NCBI GenBank assembly: GCA_030616605.1
Contig: JAUWWY010000001.1
Span: 132,251 to 196,250, forward strand
DNA: 64,000 nucleotides
Direction of reading: 5' to 3'
From: a bacterium
Lineage (GTDB): Bacteria; Patescibacteriota; Minisyncoccia; Minisyncoccales; CG1-02-41-26
The notes below the pieces were generated by a model. That model was not told where the DNA came from. It searched no databases and saw nothing but the letters and a program-made list of their open reading frames with translations. A program made the position numbers and the translations under genes. Shown here piece after piece: positions 15,766 through 23,870 of this stretch; position 1 is the stretch's first letter, and every line of letters starts with the position of its first letter.

Positions 15766-18381
15766 ATGAAAAAAGCTAAAAAATCTTACTCTTGGCATAA
15801 TCTTTCCTCAAAAAAGATTGCTAAAATCTTGAAGACTGATTTAATTCAAGGACTCTCAGAAAAAGAAATAGAAATCCGTCAGGAAAAAGAAGGTAAAAAC
15901 AAGCTTCCTGAAGAAAAACCTTTGTTAAGGGTTAAGATATTTTTAAATCAGTTCAAAAGTCCTTTAATTTATATTTTAGTTTTTGCTGGAATTATAACTT
16001 TAATTTTAGGGGAATGGACTGATACAATAGTTATTTTTGCTGCTGTTTTTTTAAATACAATCGTTGGCTATCTTCAAGAAAATAAAGCCTCAAATGCCCT
16101 GCGGGAATTAAAAAAAGTTTTAAGAGTTAAGACTAAAGTTTTAAGAGAAGGCAAACAAAAAGAAATTTTCCAGGAAGAATTAGTCTCTGGAGATATTGTC
16201 ATTTTAAAAGCAGGAGACAAAGTACCAGCCGATGGAAGAGTTTTTGAAAGTTTAAATTTGAAAATTAATGAAGCTCCCTTAACCGGAGAGTGGTTGGCAG
16301 CGGACAAAAAAGCGAAAATCTTTCCAGAGAAAACTCCTCTGGCTGACAGAGATAATATGGTTTATATGGGAACAACGGTTGAAGACGGAGAAGGAAGAGT
16401 AGTCATTACTGGAATCGGAATCAGAACCGAAATTGGTAAAATTGCCAGTCTTATTCGAGAGACTAAAGAAGAAAAAACTCCTTATCAAAAAAAGTTAAGT
16501 CATTTTTCAAAGATTATTGGAGCTATTATTGCTTTGTTTTCTATTTTTATTTTTATTGAAGGAATGATAACTGGCGGAGCTTTTATCGAAATGTTTACCA
16601 CTGCCATAGCAATAGCTGTGGCTGCCATTCCAGAAGGATTGCCAGTGGCTATGACAGTAATTCTGGCTTTGGGGATGCAAAGAATTTTGAAAAGAAAGGG
16701 TCTGGTTAGAAAATTAGCTTCAGCTGAAACCCTGGGAAGCACCTCTGTAATTGCCACTGATAAAACTTTAACCTTAACCGAGGGAAAAATGAAAGTAGAG
16801 AAAGTTTTGGCAGAAGATAAAAAATTAACTTTGAAGATTGCCGTTTTGGCTAATGAGGCATTTGTAGAAAATCCCCAGGACCCACAACCAGATTGGAAGA
16901 TAAGAGGAAGACCAACTGATAGGGCTCTTCTTTTAGCTGGAGAAAAAGAGGGTTTGAATAAATCAGAACTGGAAAAGAAATTTCCTAAGATTCATGAAAT
17001 TCCTTTTAATCCTCAAAACAAATTTATAGCAACAGTTCATCAAACAAAAAAAGAAAAAATATTGTTTGTTTCCGGAGCCCCGGAAAGAATTATTGAGTTA
17101 AGCTCTAAAATCCAAAAAAGGGGTAAAAGAAAACTAATCAATAAAAACATTCTTTCAAAAATGAATGAAGATTTAGAAGATTTAACCAGTCAGGGATTAA
17201 GAGTGATTGGAGTAGGTTATAAAAAAACAAAAAATAAAAATTTTGAGAACGAAATTAATAATTTAACTTTTGTCGGATTTATTGGCTTGAAAGACCCTTT
17301 AAGAAAAGAAGTTAAAAAAGCAATTGATATTTGTAAAAAAGCAGGAATGAAGCCGATTATTGTTACTGGAGACCACATTTTAACTGCTAAAGCTGTAGCT
17401 AAAGAATTGGGTTTGGAAATAAAAAAAGAAAATATTATAGAAGGGAAAGATTTAGCTGATATTTCAGACAAAGAACTTGAAAAAAAATTAGATAAAATCA
17501 ATGTTTTTGCCAGAGTAGAACCAGAACACAAAATGAGAATTATTAGCGCTTGGCAGGCTAAAAATCAGGTCGTGGCTATGACTGGTGATGGAATTAACGA
17601 TGCCCCGGCCCTAAAAAAAGCTGATATTGGAGTAGCTCTGGGCTCTGGAACTGGGGTTGCCAAAGAAGTTTCAGATTTAATTTTGCTAAATGACAGTTTT
17701 TCTATAATTGTAGCAGCAATTGAGGAAGGAAGGGCAATCCTTGATAACATTAGGAAAGTTATTACTTATTTGCTTTCCGACAGTTTCACCGAAGTGATTT
17801 TGGTAGGAGTAAGCATAGTTCTCAGGCTTCCTTTACCAGTGATAGCAGCTCAAATTTTATGGGTCAATATCATTGAAGATGGACCACTTGGACTTTGTTT
17901 GGCATTTGAACCAAAGGAGAAAGACCTGATGAAACAGAAACCCCAAGACCATAATATCTCATTATTTACCAGAGAAATGAAAGTTTTAATTTTTATTATT
18001 GGCCTGATTACCGATTTATTTCTCTTGGGACTTTTCTTCTGGCTTTTAAAATATTCTGGCTACGAAATACCCCATATCCAATCAATAATTTTTGCTGGTT
18101 TAACTATAGATTCAATTTTTTACGTTTTTTCTTGTAAAAGCTTGCGAAGAAATATTTGGCAGATGAATCTTCTATCAAATAAATTCCTAATTTTTGCCTG
18201 GATTTTCGGAGTTGTAATGCTTATCTTAGCTCTTTATTTACCTTCCCTTCAAACTCTTTTGAAAACTGTACCTCTAAATCTTTTTGATTGGCAACTGGTT
18301 TTGGGAGTTGGTTTAATTGATATAGTTTTAATTGAAGCTACTAAATATTATTTTATTGTCAGACATCAGACCAATATTTAA
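15766..18381 (+). CDS. P2-type (Ca2+/cation) P-type ATPase with atypical core motifs
   Basis: TGDGINDAPALKKADIGVA, VTGDH and SGAPE are present. The phosphorylation motif reads DKTLTLT and the A-domain motif reads TGEW. Confidence 0.85.
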   Translation: MKKAKKSYSWHNLSSKKIAKILKTDLIQGLSEKEIEIRQEKEGKNKLPEEKPLLRVKIFLNQFKSPLIYILVFAGIITLILGEWTDTIVIFAAVFLNTIVGYLQENKASNALRELKKVLRVKTKVLREGKQKEIFQEELVSGDIVILKAGDKVPADGRVFESLNLKINEAPLTGEWLAADKKAKIFPEKTPLADRDNMVYMGTTVEDGEGRVVITGIGIRTEIGKIASLIRETKEEKTPYQKKLSHFSKIIGAIIALFSIFIFIEGMITGGAFIEMFTTAIAIAVAAIPEGLPVAMTVILALGMQRILKRKGLVRKLASAETLGSTSVIATDKTLTLTEGKMKVEKVLAEDKKLTLKIAVLANEAFVENPQDPQPDWKIRGRPTDRALLLAGEKEGLNKSELEKKFPKIHEIPFNPQNKFIATVHQTKKEKILFVSGAPERIIELSSKIQKRGKRKLINKNILSKMNEDLEDLTSQGLRVIGVGYKKTKNKNFENEINNLTFVGFIGLKDPLRKEVKKAIDICKKAGMKPIIVTGDHILTAKAVAKELGLEIKKENIIEGKDLADISDKELEKKLDKINVFARVEPEHKMRIISAWQAKNQVVAMTGDGINDAPALKKADIGVALGSGTGVAKEVSDLILLNDSFSIIVAAIEEGRAILDNIRKVITYLLSDSFTEVILVGVSIVLRLPLPVIAAQILWVNIIEDGPLGLCLAFEPKEKDLMKQKPQDHNISLFTREMKVLIFIIGLITDLFLLGLFFWLLKYSGYEIPHIQSIIFAGLTIDSIFYVFSCKSLRRNIWQMNLLSNKFLIFAWIFGVVMLILALYLPSLQTLLKTVPLNLFDWQLVLGVGLIDIVLIEATKYYFIVRHQTNI

Positions 18382-18382
18382 C

Positions 18383-19339
18383 ATGCTTTTACTTTACATT
18401 TCAATTTTCATAATTTCCTGTCTTGTCCTGGTTCGCTCTGGAACCTGGATGGTTCGTTCTTTAACCAGAATTGCCCAATTTTTAAAGTGGAAAGAATTTA
18501 TAGTGGCTTCGGTTTTAATGGCTTTTGCTACTTCTTTGCCCGAGCTTTTTGTAGGAATTACTTCGGCTCTTCATCACAAACCCGAACTTTCTTTTGGAAA
18601 CGTTATCGGCTCAAATATCATCAATTTAACCTTGATAGTGGGAATCTGTGTTTTAGTCGCTCGGGGTCTAAAAACCGAGGGCGTTATCTTACAGCGAAAC
18701 GCAATTTATACTGCTTTTCTTGCCTCTCTACCCATTCTTTTAATGTTAGATAATAAAATCTCCAGGGTAGATGGAGTAGTTTTATTATTGGCCCTGATAC
18801 TATATTTCTATAACCTTATCTCAAGAGAAGAGACGTTTACTAAGGTTTTTTCCGATAGTTTCAATAGGGAGTGGACTCATCTTAAATTATTTTTAAAAGA
18901 TATGGGAATGTTTTTTCTGGGAATACTTTTGCTTTTATTGAGTGCTGAAGGAATTGTTTTCTCCGCTTCTTTTTTAGCTGAATTTGTCAGTTTGCCTCTA
19001 ATAATAGTCGGGGCATTAATTGTAGCCCTGGGGACCAACATACCAGAAATAGTTTTTGGAATAAAAGCGATTATTATGAAGCATAAAGAGATGGTCTTGG
19101 GAAATCTGATGGGCTCAGTAGTAATTAACTCTACTTTAGTTTTAGGAATAACTTTTTTAATTTATCCTTTAGAAATTCCTGATTTTTCTTTTTATGCTAT
19201 TGGAATTATTTTTACAATTTTTAGCGCTTTACTTTTTGTTATTTTTTCTAGAACTGGTAAGGAAATCAGCAAAAAAGAAGCATTTATTTTACTTTTCGTT
19301 TATGTCATTTTTGTTGCTTTTCAATTATTTATAAGTTAG
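18383..19339 (+). CDS. CaCA family Na+/Ca2+ (cation/Ca2+) exchanger, YrbG-like
   Basis: Two alpha-repeats: GNVIGSNIINLTLIVG and GNLMGSVVINSTLVLG. Start taken at the ATG right after the ATPase stop. Confidence 0.75.
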   Translation: MLLLYISIFIISCLVLVRSGTWMVRSLTRIAQFLKWKEFIVASVLMAFATSLPELFVGITSALHHKPELSFGNVIGSNIINLTLIVGICVLVARGLKTEGVILQRNAIYTAFLASLPILLMLDNKISRVDGVVLLLALILYFYNLISREETFTKVFSDSFNREWTHLKLFLKDMGMFFLGILLLLLSAEGIVFSASFLAEFVSLPLIIVGALIVALGTNIPEIVFGIKAIIMKHKEMVLGNLMGSVVINSTLVLGITFLIYPLEIPDFSFYAIGIIFTIFSALLFVIFSRTGKEISKKEAFILLFVYVIFVAFQLFIS

Positions 19340-19417
19340 AATAATTCTATTATAAGAACCTGCTCGCTTCGCTCGCAGAACCTTGATTCGCTAATGTATA
19401 AATATATATCTTGAATT

Positions 19418-19732
19418 ATGTTTGCAGTTATTAAAACTGGTGGTAAACAATATCTTGTTTCTCCGGGACAAGAAATAAAAATTGAAAAACTTGACAAAAA
19501 AGAGGATAAAGAAGTTGTTTTTAATCAGGTTTTACTTTTGGAGAAAAATAAAAAATTAGAAATCGGCACCCCCCTTGTTAAGGGGACAAAAGTATTCGCT
19601 AAGGTTTTAAAGCAGGGGAAAAACAAAAAAATAGTTATTTTCAAATACAAACCGAAAAAACGTTATAAAGTAAAAAAAGGTCACAGACAGACCTTTACTC
19701 AAGTAAAAATATTGAAAATAGAAACTTCTTGA
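19418..19732 (+). CDS. rplU: 50S ribosomal protein L21
   Basis: MFAVIKTGGKQYLV and KGHRQ. Confidence 0.9.
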   Translation: MFAVIKTGGKQYLVSPGQEIKIEKLDKKEDKEVVFNQVLLLEKNKKLEIGTPLVKGTKVFAKVLKQGKNKKIVIFKYKPKKRYKVKKGHRQTFTQVKILKIETS

Positions 19733-19742
19733 AACTCAGTTT

Positions 19743-20360
19743 CTATTTTCTGCTCTGAAAAGCAGAAGATAGGGTATCTTCGTCAGCGTATTCCAATTCA
19801 CCACCCACTGGCAAGCCGCGGCCAAGCTGGGTGATTTTTATTGGCAGAGATTTCAGTTTTCTTTGAATCCATAAGCAGGTATTTTCACCTTCAGTAGTTG
19901 GATTTAAAGCTAAAATTACTTCTTTAATTTTAGAATCTGATTTTTTAATCCTATCAATCAATTTATTAACCCTTTCTTCAATTTTTTCTTTTTCTTTTTT
20001 GTTTTTAAAGCCAAAGATTGTTCCACCTAAGATAAAATAAAGTCCTTTATATTTTTTAATTTTTTCAATAGCTTCCAGGTCTATCTCTTTTTCAACGATA
20101 CAAACTATGGATTTGTCTCTTCTGGGGTCAGAACAGACAGGACAAAGTTCTAAATCTTCTGAATCAGATTCAAAAGGATTAAAACAAAAAGAACAAATTT
20201 CTATCTTCTTTTTTAGTTCAGTAATTGCTTCTATTAGTTCTTCAACTTTCTCCTTGGGAGTTTTAAGTAAATAAAAAACAAACCGAGCAGCAGTTCTCGG
20301 TCCAACCGTTGGAAACTTAGAAAAAAGTTCAATGAGTTTTTGAATTTTTGGCGAAAACAT
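19743..20360 (-). CDS. recR: recombination protein RecR
   Basis: HhH N-terminus PTVGPRTAARF, a C4 zinc finger CSFC..CPVC, and Toprim. Confidence 0.9.
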   Translation of the reverse strand: MFSPKIQKLIELFSKFPTVGPRTAARFVFYLLKTPKEKVEELIEAITELKKKIEICSFCFNPFESDSEDLELCPVCSDPRRDKSIVCIVEKEIDLEAIEKIKKYKGLYFILGGTIFGFKNKKEKEKIEERVNKLIDRIKKSDSKIKEVILALNPTTEGENTCLWIQRKLKSLPIKITQLGRGLPVGGELEYADEDTLSSAFQSRK

Positions 20361-20362
20361 AA

Positions 20363-21718
20363 TTACTCTTCATATCCTTTTTCCAAATCTTTAAAACTTA
20401 CTCTTGTTTCATCAAAATAAAGTTCAACTTTGCCGACCGGACCATTTCTGTGTTTGGCAATAATAATGTCAGCAATATTTCTCCTATCGCTACTTTCTCG
20501 ATAGCGATCCTCACGATATATAAATAAAACCACGTCGGCATCCTGCTCTAAACTGCCGCTTTCGCGAAGGTCGGATAATCTTGGAATTTGAGGAGACCTC
20601 TGCTCAACTGCTCTTGATAATTGAGAAATAGCTAAAACCGGTACGTTAAGTTCTTTGGCTAAAGATTTCAAAGCTTTTGAGTTTTCAGTTACTTGCTGAA
20701 CTAAACTAAAATTCGGATTCCTATATTCCATTAACTGCAAATAATCAATTATTAAGAGACCTAAACCCTTATCTGCCTGCAATCGGCGAGCCATAGCTCT
20801 CATTTGTAAGATATTACAAGTTGCTGCATCATCAATATAAATTGGAGCCTCAGATAAAACTCCCATTGCCTTCTGAATTTTTTCAAAATCATTTTCTTCT
20901 CCTTTATCAGAAAGTCGGCCCGTTCTCAACCTCCACAAATCTATATCAGCTTGAGCAGCAATTAATCTATCAACAATTTGGTCTTTTGACATTTCCAGAC
21001 TGAAAATTCCAACTGGTATTTTATAGTTGCAGGCAACATAACGGGCTATGTCGGTAGCCATGGCTGACTTTCCTAAACTTGGTCTGGCCGCTAAAATTAT
21101 CAAATCAGATTTTTGCAATCCTGCCAAAATATTATCTAAATTTCGAAAACCACTTGGGATTCCCCGAAGTTTTCCTTTATGCTCAGCAAGTTCTTCAATT
21201 CTTTTAAAGGTGTCTTCCAGAGCTTCCTTGACCGGGGTGAAAGTTTGACTTAAAGATTTTTGAGCAATACTGAAAATCTTTTTTTCAGCTTTATCCAGGG
21301 AAATGTCAACGTCTTCTTCTTCGTTGTAACCCATCTGACCAATTTCTTGACTGGCAGAAATTAAATCCCTGGAAATTCTTTTTTGTTGAACTATTTTAGC
21401 ATAGTCAATAATATGGCTTGCTGTTGGAACAGAATTAACCAAAGAAGTTAAATAACTCATTTCTCCCACTTCTTCAAACTTCTTTCTTTCTTTTAAACGA
21501 TTAGAAACACTCAAGATATCTATTTTATTTCTTTTGGAAAAAAGGTCTATTATAGTCTGATAAATTTCTTGATGAGTATTTTTGTAAAAATCTCTTGGAT
21601 TTAAGAAATCACTCACTTTTAAGACAGCTTCAGGGTCAATCATTAAGCACCCTAAAAGGCATTTTTCAGCTTCAATATTTTGAGGAGGTAGTTTTTCCGG
21701 TAGTTCTTTATTTGCCAT
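20363..21718 (-). CDS. dnaB: replicative DNA helicase DnaB
   Basis: PQNIEAEKCLLG, ARPSLGKSA Walker A, IIDYLQLM and QLSRAVE. Start trimmed to MANKELPE. No intein. Confidence 0.9.
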   Translation of the reverse strand: MANKELPEKLPPQNIEAEKCLLGCLMIDPEAVLKVSDFLNPRDFYKNTHQEIYQTIIDLFSKRNKIDILSVSNRLKERKKFEEVGEMSYLTSLVNSVPTASHIIDYAKIVQQKRISRDLISASQEIGQMGYNEEEDVDISLDKAEKKIFSIAQKSLSQTFTPVKEALEDTFKRIEELAEHKGKLRGIPSGFRNLDNILAGLQKSDLIILAARPSLGKSAMATDIARYVACNYKIPVGIFSLEMSKDQIVDRLIAAQADIDLWRLRTGRLSDKGEENDFEKIQKAMGVLSEAPIYIDDAATCNILQMRAMARRLQADKGLGLLIIDYLQLMEYRNPNFSLVQQVTENSKALKSLAKELNVPVLAISQLSRAVEQRSPQIPRLSDLRESGSLEQDADVVLFIYREDRYRESSDRRNIADIIIAKHRNGPVGKVELYFDETRVSFKDLEKGYEE

Positions 21719-21856
21719 AGATTCCTTGTTACAAATCCATACTACAAAAAAGAAAAAATTAGTCAATTCTTTTTACTTCCGAACAAAGTGAGACAAATTA
21801 AATGAGTTTATTCATTTAATTTGCGAACGAGTGAGGAGGCAAGGTTCTGCCGAGCG

Positions 21857-23254
21857 TTAGCGAGGCATGGTTCTTATCTTTGGACCCTCTTTGCTGTCCT
21901 CAATTTTATAGCCGAGTTTCTCAATTTTTCTTCGGATTTCATCAGCTTGCTGCCAATTCTCCTGGTTTCTTGCCTTTTCTCGAAGTTTTCCTAACTCTTT
22001 AATTTCTTTTGGCAAGATTTCTTTTTCTTTAATTCTTTTAAAATCCAAAAAGCCAAAGATTTTGTTGATTTTTTTGAAAAAATTGTAAATCTCTTCTGCT
22101 TCTTGAGGCGAAAGTTTATTTTCTGAAATTCTTTTATTTGTTTCAGCCAAAAAATCAAAGATTAATCCTTTGGCTTGAGGAGTGTTAAAATCATCTTCTA
22201 AAACTTTGAAAAAAGATTTTTCAAAGTTTTTTACAATCTCTTTTCCATTTTCTTTTGGACCCTTTTTTAATTCTTCTAATTTCTTTAGTAATTCTTTTAA
22301 TTTTTGGAGATTTGTTTTTGCCTCTTGAGCTATTGCTTCCGAATAATCAAGAGGGGAGCGATAATGACTGGAAAAAACAATAAATCTTAAAACTTCTGGT
22401 TTATATTTTTTAAGAAAATCTTTTAAAGTAATAAAATTACCCAGAGATTTTGACATTTTTTGGCCGTTGACAGTCAGAAAACCGGCATGAATCCAATATT
22501 CAACCATTGGTCTTTTATCTGAAAGAGCTTCCATTTGAGCGATTTCTGCTTCGTGATGAGGGAAAATTAAATCTCTTGCTCCACCGTGAATATCATATTG
22601 AGGACCAAAATATTTTTCAGTAATTGCTGTATCTTCAATATGCCAGCCTGGCCGACCATTTCCCAAAGAACTTTTCCAATATGGTTCTCCAAATTTCCAT
22701 AAACAGAAATCGCCTCTGTTTCTTTTATTTTCGGCTTGGTCAATCCGGGAAACAGCGTCTTCAGCTTGCTCTATTGTCCTACCAGAGAGCTTTCCGTAAT
22801 CTTTAAACTTTTTAATATTATAATAAATTCCACCTCTAATTTCATAAGCATATCCTTTTTTCAGTAATCTTCTAACCTGGTTTTGGACTTCTTTTATGTG
22901 GCTGGTTGCTCTGGCATACTTTGTGACACTCTTTATATTCAAGGCTTTCATATCTTTTAGATATTCTTTTTCAAATTTTCTGGCAATTTCTTTCCAAGTT
23001 GTTTTCTTTTCTTTTGCTCTCTGAATAATTTTATCATCAATATCAGTAATATTTTGTAAATAAAAAACCTTATATTGCTGATATTTTAGATAACGAACGA
23101 GCATATCATAAACAATATAAGTCCTGGCATGGCCTAAATGGGAAAAATCATAAACCGTTGGTCCACAGACAAAGAGATTAACTTTTCCCCTTCTTATCGG
23201 TTCAAAATCCTCTTTTTTTCTGAAGAGAGTGTTGTAGAATTTGAGCATATTCAT
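21857..23254 (-). CDS. cysS: cysteine--tRNA ligase
   Basis: HLGHARTY (HIGH) and KMSKSLGN. A TATAAT 7 nt upstream of the second ATG suggests a leaderless MLKF start. Confidence 0.9.
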   Translation of the reverse strand: MNMLKFYNTLFRKKEDFEPIRRGKVNLFVCGPTVYDFSHLGHARTYIVYDMLVRYLKYQQYKVFYLQNITDIDDKIIQRAKEKKTTWKEIARKFEKEYLKDMKALNIKSVTKYARATSHIKEVQNQVRRLLKKGYAYEIRGGIYYNIKKFKDYGKLSGRTIEQAEDAVSRIDQAENKRNRGDFCLWKFGEPYWKSSLGNGRPGWHIEDTAITEKYFGPQYDIHGGARDLIFPHHEAEIAQMEALSDKRPMVEYWIHAGFLTVNGQKMSKSLGNFITLKDFLKKYKPEVLRFIVFSSHYRSPLDYSEAIAQEAKTNLQKLKELLKKLEELKKGPKENGKEIVKNFEKSFFKVLEDDFNTPQAKGLIFDFLAETNKRISENKLSPQEAEEIYNFFKKINKIFGFLDFKRIKEKEILPKEIKELGKLREKARNQENWQQADEIRRKIEKLGYKIEDSKEGPKIRTMPR

Positions 23255-23333
23255 TATTATAACTCTTTAAGCCCAAATAATCAATCAAAAACTCTCTTGA
23301 TTTAAGGTTTTTTTTGGGCTAAAATACAAAACT

Positions 23334-23870
23334 GTGGCAGCTGAAATTCAAACATTTTTACTGGCAATGACGCCTGTTGGAGAACTGCGGCTTTCTTTGC
23401 CCTTGGCTTTAACTGTCTACAATCTAAATTGGGGAGTAGCTTTTTTGATTTCAGTAATTGGAAATTTGGTTCCGGTCATAGTGATTCTTTTGTTTTTGAA
23501 ACCTCTTTCCAACTGGCTTTCAAGAAATTTTAAGATTTGGCAAAGATTTTTTTCCTGGCTTTTTGAAAGAACCAGGGAAAAACACCAATCCAAGATAAAA
23601 AAATATGGTTATCCTGCCCTGATTCTTTTTGTTGCTATTCCTTTACCAATTACTGGTGGTTGGACTGGAAGTTTAGTTGCTTTTTTGTTTGATGTACCCT
23701 TTAAAAAAGCCTTTCCTCTAATTACCATAGGTATTGTAATTGCCGGTTTCATAGTTTCCTTTTTAACTCACGCTGGAATTACCATTGAAAAATATCTCGG
23801 CTGGCAAGTTCTGGTCGGATGTTTAATAACCATTGGATTTATCTGGTTAATATACAGATTAAAGAAATGA
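23334..23870 (+). CDS. small multi-pass membrane protein (COG2426 small multidrug export-like)
   Basis: MTPVGELRLSLPLAL and a 4-5 TM pattern. GTG start is uncertain. Confidence 0.45.
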   Translation: MAAEIQTFLLAMTPVGELRLSLPLALTVYNLNWGVAFLISVIGNLVPVIVILLFLKPLSNWLSRNFKIWQRFFSWLFERTREKHQSKIKKYGYPALILFVAIPLPITGGWTGSLVAFLFDVPFKKAFPLITIGIVIAGFIVSFLTHAGITIEKYLGWQVLVGCLITIGFIWLIYRLKK

